Shown piece after piece: positions 44,636 through 53,090 of a stretch of DNA of 64,000 nt. The stretch comes from an uncultured Eubacteriales bacterium. Its GTDB lineage: Bacteria > Bacillota > Clostridia > Peptostreptococcales > Anaerovoracaceae. The position numbers and the translations under genes were made by a program. The DNA lies in the NCBI GenBank assembly GCA_902798745.1, contig CADBXM010000007.1:11317-75316 (forward strand), read 5' to 3'. Position 1 is the first letter of the stretch; each line of letters opens with the position of its first letter. Below the pieces are notes generated by a model, which had not been told where the DNA came from, made no database searches, and worked only from the letters and a program-made list of their open reading frames with translations.

Positions 44636-45514
44636 ATGAGAGTAGCGGTCACAGGGGCAAGCGGATATCTGGGGAGGAACTTCATGTCGATGTACATGGG
44701 CTCGTGCGACTTCGTTGCCCTAACAAGGAACGCGTCTTCTGCCGGACTCATGGAAGGCGTAGAGTATCGTGAGAGCGACTACAGCGAAGAGAGCCTTAAG
44801 GAAGTGCTGAGCGGCTGCGATGCGGTGGTACACCTGGCATACGCGATGGCAACAAAGGAAAATGAGCAGGCGGGCATGGAGGCATATCGCTCGAGCATGG
44901 AAGTGACTGAAAGAGTCTTCGAGACGGCCCTGAGCCTTGGTATCAAAAATATGGTGTTTGCCTCGAGCAGGCTGGTCTATCCGAGCCGCTCCGAGGAGCC
45001 GTTCACAGAGGACAGTCCGCTTGACCCGGGGACATCCTACGGAAAAAGCAAAGTCATGATGGAGCAGCTATGCGAGGAGCTCAATCAAAAGGGAGCGCGC
45101 ATCAAGGCGCTTAGATTCGGGCAGATAATAGGAGCGGACATGAAGGTGAGAGGCATGTTCCAGATATTTATGGAAAAGGCCGCGAATAACGAGCCGCTCA
45201 CCCTTATCGGAAGCGACGTAAGAGACTACATTTACGTAAAGGATGCATGCGGGGCCATAATGGCAGCGCTTCAGCACCCGGAAGCTTCGGGCATCTTCAA
45301 CATAAGCATGGGACGCGGAACAGACAACAGAGCGATGGCCGAAGGCATCATCAGCGAAATAGGGAGTTCGTCGGAAATATTGATCTCCGAAACAGGCAAT
45401 ACGAAGACACCTGACCGCATAGTGCTGGACACCCGAAAGGCCCAAAAACAATTAAGTTTCAGCTGTGAGTATGATACAATTAATAAGATAGTCAGAGACG
45501 TTTCGGCCTGCTGA
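44636..45514 (+). CDS. NAD(P)-dependent sugar epimerase/dehydratase/reductase (SDR extended family)
   Basis: GGGAGG ribosome-binding site. MRVAVTGASGYLGRNF contains the GxxGxxG motif, and SYGKSK is the YxxxK catalytic motif. Confidence 0.8.
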   Translation: MRVAVTGASGYLGRNFMSMYMGSCDFVALTRNASSAGLMEGVEYRESDYSEESLKEVLSGCDAVVHLAYAMATKENEQAGMEAYRSSMEVTERVFETALSLGIKNMVFASSRLVYPSRSEEPFTEDSPLDPGTSYGKSKVMMEQLCEELNQKGARIKALRFGQIIGADMKVRGMFQIFMEKAANNEPLTLIGSDVRDYIYVKDACGAIMAALQHPEASGIFNISMGRGTDNRAMAEGIISEIGSSSEILISETGNTKTPDRIVLDTRKAQKQLSFSCEYDTINKIVRDVSAC

Positions 45515-45538
45515 GACAGGCGGAGAAATCAACATATC

Positions 45539-46660
45539 ATGGACAATAAAAAAGTACTGATCCTGGGCGCGGGAAACGGCCAGATCGAAGCAATCGAATA
45601 CTGCAAAGCTCAAGGGCTTTTTGTTGCGGGCTGCAGCTACACCAACACAGACAAAGGGATACCACTGCTTGACGATTTCCGTCAGTCCGACATAAAGGAC
45701 ATAGAGGCGGTTGCCGCATACGCGACAGACCTTGGCGCGGATGCAGTCTATTCTGTCGGCTCAGACCTCGCCATACCAACGGCAATGCGCGTGAGCGAGA
45801 TACTCGGGCTGCCTCACTTCATATCCTACAGGTCGGCAGAGCTCTGCCACTCAAAACACCTGATGCGTGAGGCACTGGGAAATGGCTTCACGGGCAACGT
45901 GGACTTCATCGTTTGCGAAACACTTGATGAGGCTCTTGGCTGGGAGGCATTCCCGGCAATGATGAAGCCAGTAGACTCGCAGGGGCAGAGAGGCTGCTTC
46001 AGGGTGGATTCGGCAGAGGACATACGCGAGCACTTTGAGGCCTCGCTCGACTACTCGGTATGCGGTAAGGTGATCATCGAATCATATATAGACGGGCCGG
46101 AGATATCCGTCAATTCATACAGGGCAAATGGCAAGACTGTGTTTGCCGTAGTGTCCGACCGCGAGAGCTTTGAGGAGTATCCGGGAGGCCTGCCGAAAAA
46201 ACACAGGATACCTTCACTGTTCGCCGGCGCGGAAGCCAGCGCGGAGGCTGAGGACATCGTGGACAAGGCTGCTGATAAGCTGGGCATAACAGACGGGCCG
46301 TGCTACTGCCAAATGAAGATCGGCACCGACGGCAAGCCGTATATCATTGAGATAGCCCCTAGGCTGGACGGCTGCCACATGTGGAATCTCATCAAGCACT
46401 GGTGCGGAGTCGATCTGCTGAGCGCCTGCTTCGATCACCTTCTCACGGGAGATCCGGGCATCGACCCGGTCGATGAGGAGCCTTCAGGCGGTATAGAGCT
46501 TGAATTCCTGAGCGAAAAGACCGGCGCGCCATTCGACCCGGACAAATACGATACATCGGGCGCGGAGTATGTCTGCCTGTATTATGAAGAGGGAGACGCC
46601 GTGTCAAAGGTAAACGGTTATTACGAGAAATGCGGATATATGATCCGCCGTACAAAATAG
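45539..46660 (+). CDS. Classical ATP-grasp carboxylate-amine ligase-like protein
   Basis: KKVLILGAGNGQIEAIEYCKAQG (pre-ATP-grasp Rossmann-like stretch), ...MMKPVDSQGQRGCFRVDS..., ...IIESYIDGPEISVNSY..., ...YIIEIAPRLDG. Confidence 0.65.
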   Translation: MDNKKVLILGAGNGQIEAIEYCKAQGLFVAGCSYTNTDKGIPLLDDFRQSDIKDIEAVAAYATDLGADAVYSVGSDLAIPTAMRVSEILGLPHFISYRSAELCHSKHLMREALGNGFTGNVDFIVCETLDEALGWEAFPAMMKPVDSQGQRGCFRVDSAEDIREHFEASLDYSVCGKVIIESYIDGPEISVNSYRANGKTVFAVVSDRESFEEYPGGLPKKHRIPSLFAGAEASAEAEDIVDKAADKLGITDGPCYCQMKIGTDGKPYIIEIAPRLDGCHMWNLIKHWCGVDLLSACFDHLLTGDPGIDPVDEEPSGGIELEFLSEKTGAPFDPDKYDTSGAEYVCLYYEEGDAVSKVNGYYEKCGYMIRRTK

Positions 46661-46709
46661 AGCGTACAAAAAAGAGTTATAGCAAATCGAAAGCAAGGGG
46701 GATGATATA

Positions 46710-48020
46710 GTGTCTATCCACAAGAAACTTAAAAACGTATATGTACTCTGGTACGTCCTCACACTCAAGAAGACGTTCGAAGGAGACCCTAAAAAGATCA
46801 AGGCGAAGCAGAACCGCGATATCCACAGGCTCATGAAGCGCGCCTATAAGATCCCATTCTATCGCAAGAAATTCGAAGAATCCGGAACGACTCCAGACGA
46901 TTACCACTGCGCTGAAGACCTCGTCAAATTCCCGCTGCTCACCAAGCCTGAACTGAGAAAGTGGATGCAGGACGAATGGGACAACCATCCGGAGATCCAC
47001 GACAAGGTCAATGTTCACGCTACCAGCGGATCATCGGGCGTTCCTCTTCGCGTGCTCTACTCTCAGAGAGAACAGGGCTGCAGCGACGCCAACTGGATCA
47101 GAGTGCTGATGGCCGCGGGCTATCATCCGTTCTTCGGCAAGATGTATTCGTTCCAGACAAGCCACAGGGACCCTAACGACAAGAGCAGGGATTCCTTTAT
47201 ACAGAAGTTCGGCGTGATGAGACGCAAAGTCGTTTCCGAGGATTATTGCGTGGGCGACGGCATTGCCGATACCATCAGGGACATCAACGAATACAAACCT
47301 GACATGATCTGCTTCAGGCGCAACTGCCTCGTGAGGATAGTAGCGTATGCCGAGCAGCACAACATGCCGGTGTGGAAGCCTAAACTGTACTGCCCAATAA
47401 GCGAGATGGTCGATGATGTCACAGTCAAGCTGCTGACAAAGACCCTCGGCGACGGACTGATCGACGCGTACGGCATATCCGAGATGGGAAGCAGCATCTA
47501 CAAATTCCCGGGCAATGATTTCTATTATCTTGCCAACGACATCGCCGCCGCGAATGTTTACGATGACAACGATCAGCCGGTAGACAACGGCAGACTCATT
47601 CTGACCGCGACTTACAAGAAAGACTACCCGCTCATCAATTACGATGTGCTCGACATCGTCACATCATACAAGAAGGACGGACTCAGATACTTCAAATCCA
47701 TCGAGGGCCGCATGAACGACCTTGTCAAACACGAGGGCGGAGCTGACTCATCCGCGCTTATGCTGATGAGGATCGCGAACAAGGTGGTCGGACTGTCGCA
47801 GTTCAGGTTCGTGGAGGAGACCTATCACGACATGCTGATCGAGCTCGCTCCTGACCCAAACAACACCTCGATGACCAGAGAAGAGATAGAGAACCACTTT
47901 ATCACCGAAGTCAAAAAGCTTTACGGTGATGAGTTCAGGATCAGGGTCGAATGGAAAGACACCCTGCCGCCTGAAGAGACGGGAAAGCAGAAGTGCTTCA
48001 TATGCAAAGTGAAAGATTAA
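46710..48020 (+). CDS. Adenylate-forming enzyme of the PaaK/CapK/F390-synthetase type
   Basis: GTG start 8 nt after AGGGGGA. ...YKIPFYRKKFEESG...FPLLTKPELR...HATSGSSGVPLRV (AMP-binding T-S-G-S-S-G loop). Confidence 0.65.
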   Translation: MSIHKKLKNVYVLWYVLTLKKTFEGDPKKIKAKQNRDIHRLMKRAYKIPFYRKKFEESGTTPDDYHCAEDLVKFPLLTKPELRKWMQDEWDNHPEIHDKVNVHATSGSSGVPLRVLYSQREQGCSDANWIRVLMAAGYHPFFGKMYSFQTSHRDPNDKSRDSFIQKFGVMRRKVVSEDYCVGDGIADTIRDINEYKPDMICFRRNCLVRIVAYAEQHNMPVWKPKLYCPISEMVDDVTVKLLTKTLGDGLIDAYGISEMGSSIYKFPGNDFYYLANDIAAANVYDDNDQPVDNGRLILTATYKKDYPLINYDVLDIVTSYKKDGLRYFKSIEGRMNDLVKHEGGADSSALMLMRIANKVVGLSQFRFVEETYHDMLIELAPDPNNTSMTREEIENHFITEVKKLYGDEFRIRVEWKDTLPPEETGKQKCFICKVKD

Positions 48021-48982
48021 GAGACCCTTACTTCGACAACTTAAGAGGCGCGCTTATATGCCTCGTGGTTGCCGGGCACTGTGCCAACCTGTATAAAGAC
48101 AGCAATGTTTATTGCTGGTATTTGTTCAACTTTATCTACGCCTTCCATATGCCTCTGTTCTTCTACATATCGGGCTACTTCAGCAAGAATGTGGAGAAGA
48201 CATATAGAAAAGCGTTCGAAGCGTTGATCATACCGGCGATACCTTTCGAATTGCTGTATTTCATAATGCATGTAGCGACCGGAGCAGACAATACGGAGCC
48301 GTTCCTGACTCCTGTATTTGCCTACTGGTTTTGCTTTGCGCTGTTCTTCTGCAGGGCGCTGCTGCCTTATCTCATCCGCCTGAGGTGGATCGTACCGATC
48401 ACCTTTATCCTGGCGCTTGCGATAGGCTTCAACCCGCAGATCAACGAATACATGACTTTATCGCGCTTCCTGTGTATGCTGCCGTTCTTCCTGCTCGGCT
48501 ATTACACGACACGCGAAAACATGGAGAGGATACGCAGCATCAATACCGGGCTGGCGGCAGCGCTTGGAGTAGCAGCGATCGCAGCGGTCTTTGCCCTGCT
48601 TAAGTTTACGGATCTGGCCCCGGGATTCACACTGAGGGCACCGTACGAAACCCCGATGGGCGTGCTGGTCAGAGCTTTCCAGTTTGTTGTTGCGATACTG
48701 ATTTCCCTTGCGGTGATGAAGCTGATCCCGCAGGGCAAATCTTATTTAGCTACTATAGGACAGAGGACATTGCAGATCTATTTCCTGCATTTCTACTTCA
48801 CGACAGCGATCAAAATGGTGAACCCTGTCGCTGAAGCATCTGTTCTCAATTTCGTATTGATGCTGGTCGCCGCGCCGGTGATCACGGTCATACTGGCGAC
48901 TCCGCCGGTGACTAAGGTCTACGACGCGCTGATAAACGCGGTCAAGAAGCTGTTGTTAAAAAGAGAAACAGGAGAAGTATAA
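47993..48982 (+). CDS. Acyltransferase-3 family membrane O-acyltransferase
   Basis: PYFDNLRGALICLVVAGHC... followed by about 10 hydrophobic helices, which is the typical Acyl_transf_3 N-terminus. The start is ambiguous (GTG at 47993 or ATG at 48002). It overlaps the preceding gene. Confidence 0.65.
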   Translation: MLHMQSERLRDPYFDNLRGALICLVVAGHCANLYKDSNVYCWYLFNFIYAFHMPLFFYISGYFSKNVEKTYRKAFEALIIPAIPFELLYFIMHVATGADNTEPFLTPVFAYWFCFALFFCRALLPYLIRLRWIVPITFILALAIGFNPQINEYMTLSRFLCMLPFFLLGYYTTRENMERIRSINTGLAAALGVAAIAAVFALLKFTDLAPGFTLRAPYETPMGVLVRAFQFVVAILISLAVMKLIPQGKSYLATIGQRTLQIYFLHFYFTTAIKMVNPVAEASVLNFVLMLVAAPVITVILATPPVTKVYDALINAVKKLLLKRETGEV

Positions 48983-48984
48983 GT

Positions 48985-50283
48985 ATGTATATAGATCCGG
49001 GTACCGGAAGTATGCTGTTTACGATCCTTGTCGGATCGATCGGTGCCGGCGCTTACGCGCTGAGGGACCGCATGCTTAAGTTGAGGTTTTATATGAGCGG
49101 CGGAAGGGCCGAGAAGAACACGGGCGACAACCCCGACTATGTCATCTTCTCAGACAGCAAGAGATACTGGAATGTGTTCGAGCCGATTTGCGATGAGTTT
49201 GAGGCGAGAGAGACAGAGATCATCTACATGACATGTTCGGAAGACGACCCTGCTCTCAGCAAGGACTACAAATTCGTTAAGTGCGAGTTTATCGGTGAGG
49301 GCAACAAGGCTTTCGCTAAGCTCAACAGCCTGAAGGCGGATATCCTGCTGTCCACGACACCGAGCCTGGATGTCTTTTACTGGAAGCGTTCCAAGGACGT
49401 CAAATGGTATGTGCATATCCCGCACGCATGCGACGACCTCACAAAATACAGAATGTTCGGCATCGACTACTACGATGCCATATTATGCTCAGGCGACTAT
49501 CAGATCAACGAGGTGAGGAAGCTCGAAGAGCTGAGGAACCTGCCTCAGAAGGAGATGGTGAATACCGGGCTCACATACCTCGACACGATGAAGGCAAGGC
49601 TCGAAAAGACCGGCGGGCGCAAGACCGCGGGCAGGCCTAAAAGCGAGATCAATGTTCTGCTGGCACCTTCGTGGGGACCGAGCTCCATATTCAACCGCTT
49701 CGGGACCGAAATGATAGACAGCCTTCTGTCGACCGGATACCACATCATCGTAAGGCCTCACCCTCAGTCATTCACCAGCGAAAAGGAGATGATAGAGGGC
49801 ATAATGGCAAAGTATCCTGACAGCGACAGACTGGAGTGGAACAGGGACAACGACAACTTCGATGTGCTCAACAGATCGGACATACTGATATCCGACTTCT
49901 CGGGCGTGGTGTACGACTTCTGCCTTGTCTTCGACAAACCGGTGATCTACGCCGACGTCTCGTTCGACGACAGCCCGTATGACGCGTGCTGGATCAAAGA
50001 GAAACCATGGTCGCTGTCCACCCTTGAGAAGGTGGGTACGCAGCTCACAAAGGACAATATAGGAAACATCGGGCAGGTGATAGACACCTGCATCAATGAT
50101 GAGAGATTCCAGAAGGCAAGGGACGAAGCCCGCGAGGAAGCCTGGGTCTGCATGGGAGAGAGCGCAAAGCTCGTAGCAGACTATCTCATCGTCAAGCACG
50201 CCGAGTTGGAAAGGCTTGCTGAAGAGGAACAGGCTGTCAACGTAAAGGAAAAGAAAAAAGAAAAAGTAAAGGAACCGGCGTAG
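48985..50283 (+). CDS. TagF-family polyol-phosphate transferase-like protein with an N-terminal membrane helix
   Basis: CAGGAGAAG ribosome-binding site. N-terminal GTGSMLFTILVGSIGAGAYAL. ...VLLAPSWGPSS...IVRPHPQS...ILISDFSGVVYDFCLVFDKPVIYAD. Confidence 0.6.
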   Translation: MYIDPGTGSMLFTILVGSIGAGAYALRDRMLKLRFYMSGGRAEKNTGDNPDYVIFSDSKRYWNVFEPICDEFEARETEIIYMTCSEDDPALSKDYKFVKCEFIGEGNKAFAKLNSLKADILLSTTPSLDVFYWKRSKDVKWYVHIPHACDDLTKYRMFGIDYYDAILCSGDYQINEVRKLEELRNLPQKEMVNTGLTYLDTMKARLEKTGGRKTAGRPKSEINVLLAPSWGPSSIFNRFGTEMIDSLLSTGYHIIVRPHPQSFTSEKEMIEGIMAKYPDSDRLEWNRDNDNFDVLNRSDILISDFSGVVYDFCLVFDKPVIYADVSFDDSPYDACWIKEKPWSLSTLEKVGTQLTKDNIGNIGQVIDTCINDERFQKARDEAREEAWVCMGESAKLVADYLIVKHAELERLAEEEQAVNVKEKKKEKVKEPA

Positions 50284-50295
50284 AAAGGCAGCACA

Positions 50296-53079
50296 ATGAC
50301 CATTTTAGGAATGTTATATAAATTACTGATAGGCCCTCTGGAACTGCTTTTCGAGGTGATATTCGTCATCGCCAACGGAAAGGTCAGCAATCCGGCCTAT
50401 GCCATCATCGCGCTCAGCCTTGCGATGAACTTTCTGGTGCTCCCGCTGTACAAGCGGGCGGACGCCATGCAGGCAGAAGAGCGTGACCGTGAGGCGAGGA
50501 TGCGCCCGTGGATCGACCACATAAAGAAGACCTTCAAGGGCGATGAGCGCTTCATGATGCTCCAGGCGTATTACAGACAAAACGACTACAAGCCTACGCA
50601 CGCGTTCAAGGGCTCGGTATCGCTGTTCCTTGAGATCCCATTCTTTATCGCGGCGTACAGATTCCTCTCGGGGCTCGAAACTCTGAAGGGCATATCCTTC
50701 GGACCTCTCACAGACCTGGGAGCGCCTGACGCTCTGATCAACATCGGCGGAACAACAATAAACTTCCTTCCGATATTGATGACTCTTATCAACGTCGTAG
50801 CTGCCGCTGTATACATGAAGGGCATGCCTCTCAAAAATAAGATAACGACTTATGGTATCGCGGCGATCTTCCTGGTACTGCTGTACAACTCTCCGGCGGG
50901 ACTGGTATTCTACTGGACTCTGAACCAGATATTCTCGCTGATCAAAAACGTATTCTATAAGTTCAAGGACCCTGCCAAGGTGCTCAGGATACTGGCATCC
51001 GTTACAGGCATCGTGCTTGTGGCTCTGGTGATAATCGCTCATCCATTCAGGAGCATTCGGGTGCAGGTCATGGTGATCGTGCTTCTTCTCTGCCTGCAGC
51101 TGCCTATTCTGCTCGCGTATCTCAGGAAAAGAGGCAACAGCCTTGAGATCAAAGCGGATATCAAGCAGAGCAATCTGCTCTTCCGCGCGTCGACCATACT
51201 GTTGACCATACTTACGGGTATACTGTGCCCATCAGCCGTGATCGGCGACAGTACCGAGGAATTCATCAATCTTAATAATTACGTATCGCCAAACTGGTTC
51301 GTGGTAAGCGCGTTCCTGCTGGCAGCCGGTACGTTCATCATATGGTTTGGCATTTTCTACGGATTGGCGGATACGGGCGGCAAGCATGTGCTCAGTCTCA
51401 TCACTGCCATGATCGCGGTGATCGGTCTGGTGAATTACATGCTGTTCAGCAAGGATTACGGTAACCTCTCGGCTGAACTTCAGTACGACGAAAATCCATC
51501 GATATCCGGCAAGATGATACTCATCAATCTGGTGGTCGCGCTCGCGATCATGCTGGTGGTCGCCCTGATCTGGAAGTTCAAGGCGTCTCTGCTCGGCGGA
51601 GGCATCGCGGTAGTCTGCGTAGCGCTTCTTATAATGAGCGCGCTCAACATCGTATCGATCAATAAGGTGCTCGCGGCTGACAGCGACATGATAAAAAGCG
51701 CTTCAGTAGCCGAAGAGCCCGAGCTTGATCTCAGCAAGAACGGAAAGAACGTAGTCGTCATCATGATGGACAGGATGGCCGGCTTCTACATCCCTTACAT
51801 ACTGGAGGAAAAGCCTGAACTGAAGGAACAGTTCGACGGCTTCACATATTACGAAAATGTTGTGTCGCACGCGACTACAACTAACGAAGGTGCGCCGGCT
51901 CTGTATGGCGGATACGACTATACGCCGTTTGAGATCGATAAGCGCTCCGATGAATCGCTGAAGAAAAAGAACGACGAAGCTCTGAAGGTGATGCCTGAGA
52001 TGTTCGGAGGTTCGGGCTATGATGTGACTATCTGCGAGCCGACATACGCCGGATACAAGCAGATCCCGGATCTCTCGATATTCGACGATCACCCTGAATA
52101 CAAGACATTCAATCTGAACGGAAAGTTCTCGCTTGAAGAGTATGGATATGTCACAAGCAAGGATTCAAGTTCTGTGACTATGTTCCGAAACTTCTTCTGC
52201 TACAGCATATTCAGGATAGTTCCATCGGCGCTGCAGAAGATGGTTTACTCAAAAGGCACCTACAACTCATCCGTTACCAGCGGCTTTGTTATAGGCCACA
52301 CCATGGATGGCTCATCGAAGTCACACGGATTCGTTAGGAACTTCATGAGGACATACGCAGTTCTGTGCCATCTCAATGATATAACCGTGACATCGAAGGG
52401 AGGCAAAGGCAACTTCATAATGATGTCGAATGACACCTCGCACGAGCCTATGCTTCTGCAGGAACCGGCATATGTACCGGCGCTGGATGTAGACAACACG
52501 GAATACGATGAGGAGCACCCGACACGCGTCGACGCTGACGGAAATGTTCTGGAGTTCGAAAACGACGAGACCCGCAAGCATTATCACGTCAACATGGCGA
52601 CCATGCTGAAACTCGGTGAGTGGTTCGACTATCTCAAGAAGGAAGGCGTGTACGACAACACCCGCATCATCATCGTTTCAGACCACGGTACTCCTTACAG
52701 ATTTACCGGGCCGTATTCCCTCTATTATACCGATGAAGATACCGGCGAGCAGAAGAACCTCGATATCCGCAGGTTCCAGTGCACTCTGATGTATAAGGAC
52801 TTCGATGCGGAGGGCATCACGGTCGAAGAGGAATTCACCACGAATGCCGACGTGCCGGCACTCGCGACTGAAGGTTTAGTCAAGGATCAGGTCAATCCGT
52901 TTACCGGAAATCGTCTGGCAAAAGGAAATAGTAGTCTGCTGCCGATCAGACTCGTGAGGACAAGTGAGCACAACATAAGAAAGAACAACGGCAACACGTT
53001 TATCCCGGGCAATATATTCGAGCTCAGCGGAGACCCGCATGTCGTCGATAACTGGGAATATGTCGGTAACGATTACTAA
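50296..53079 (+). CDS. Fusion protein: YidC/Oxa1-like insertase domain, polytopic membrane region, and an alkaline-phosphatase-superfamily (LtaS/sulfatase-like) ectodomain
   Basis: The N-terminus matches the YidC core pattern: ...LVLPLYKRADAMQAEE...MRPWIDHIKKTFKGDERFMMLQAYYRQNDYKP...LEIPFFIAAYRFL...FGPLTDLGAPD...FLPILMTLIN...PAGLVFYWTLNQIFSLI. The C-terminus is AP-superfamily-like: VVVIMMDRMAG...SHATTTNEGAPAL...MSNDTSHEP...IIIVSDHGT. Confidence 0.6.
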   Translation: MTILGMLYKLLIGPLELLFEVIFVIANGKVSNPAYAIIALSLAMNFLVLPLYKRADAMQAEERDREARMRPWIDHIKKTFKGDERFMMLQAYYRQNDYKPTHAFKGSVSLFLEIPFFIAAYRFLSGLETLKGISFGPLTDLGAPDALINIGGTTINFLPILMTLINVVAAAVYMKGMPLKNKITTYGIAAIFLVLLYNSPAGLVFYWTLNQIFSLIKNVFYKFKDPAKVLRILASVTGIVLVALVIIAHPFRSIRVQVMVIVLLLCLQLPILLAYLRKRGNSLEIKADIKQSNLLFRASTILLTILTGILCPSAVIGDSTEEFINLNNYVSPNWFVVSAFLLAAGTFIIWFGIFYGLADTGGKHVLSLITAMIAVIGLVNYMLFSKDYGNLSAELQYDENPSISGKMILINLVVALAIMLVVALIWKFKASLLGGGIAVVCVALLIMSALNIVSINKVLAADSDMIKSASVAEEPELDLSKNGKNVVVIMMDRMAGFYIPYILEEKPELKEQFDGFTYYENVVSHATTTNEGAPALYGGYDYTPFEIDKRSDESLKKKNDEALKVMPEMFGGSGYDVTICEPTYAGYKQIPDLSIFDDHPEYKTFNLNGKFSLEEYGYVTSKDSSSVTMFRNFFCYSIFRIVPSALQKMVYSKGTYNSSVTSGFVIGHTMDGSSKSHGFVRNFMRTYAVLCHLNDITVTSKGGKGNFIMMSNDTSHEPMLLQEPAYVPALDVDNTEYDEEHPTRVDADGNVLEFENDETRKHYHVNMATMLKLGEWFDYLKKEGVYDNTRIIIVSDHGTPYRFTGPYSLYYTDEDTGEQKNLDIRRFQCTLMYKDFDAEGITVEEEFTTNADVPALATEGLVKDQVNPFTGNRLAKGNSSLLPIRLVRTSEHNIRKNNGNTFIPGNIFELSGDPHVVDNWEYVGNDY

Positions 53080-53090
53080 AAGATACTATC

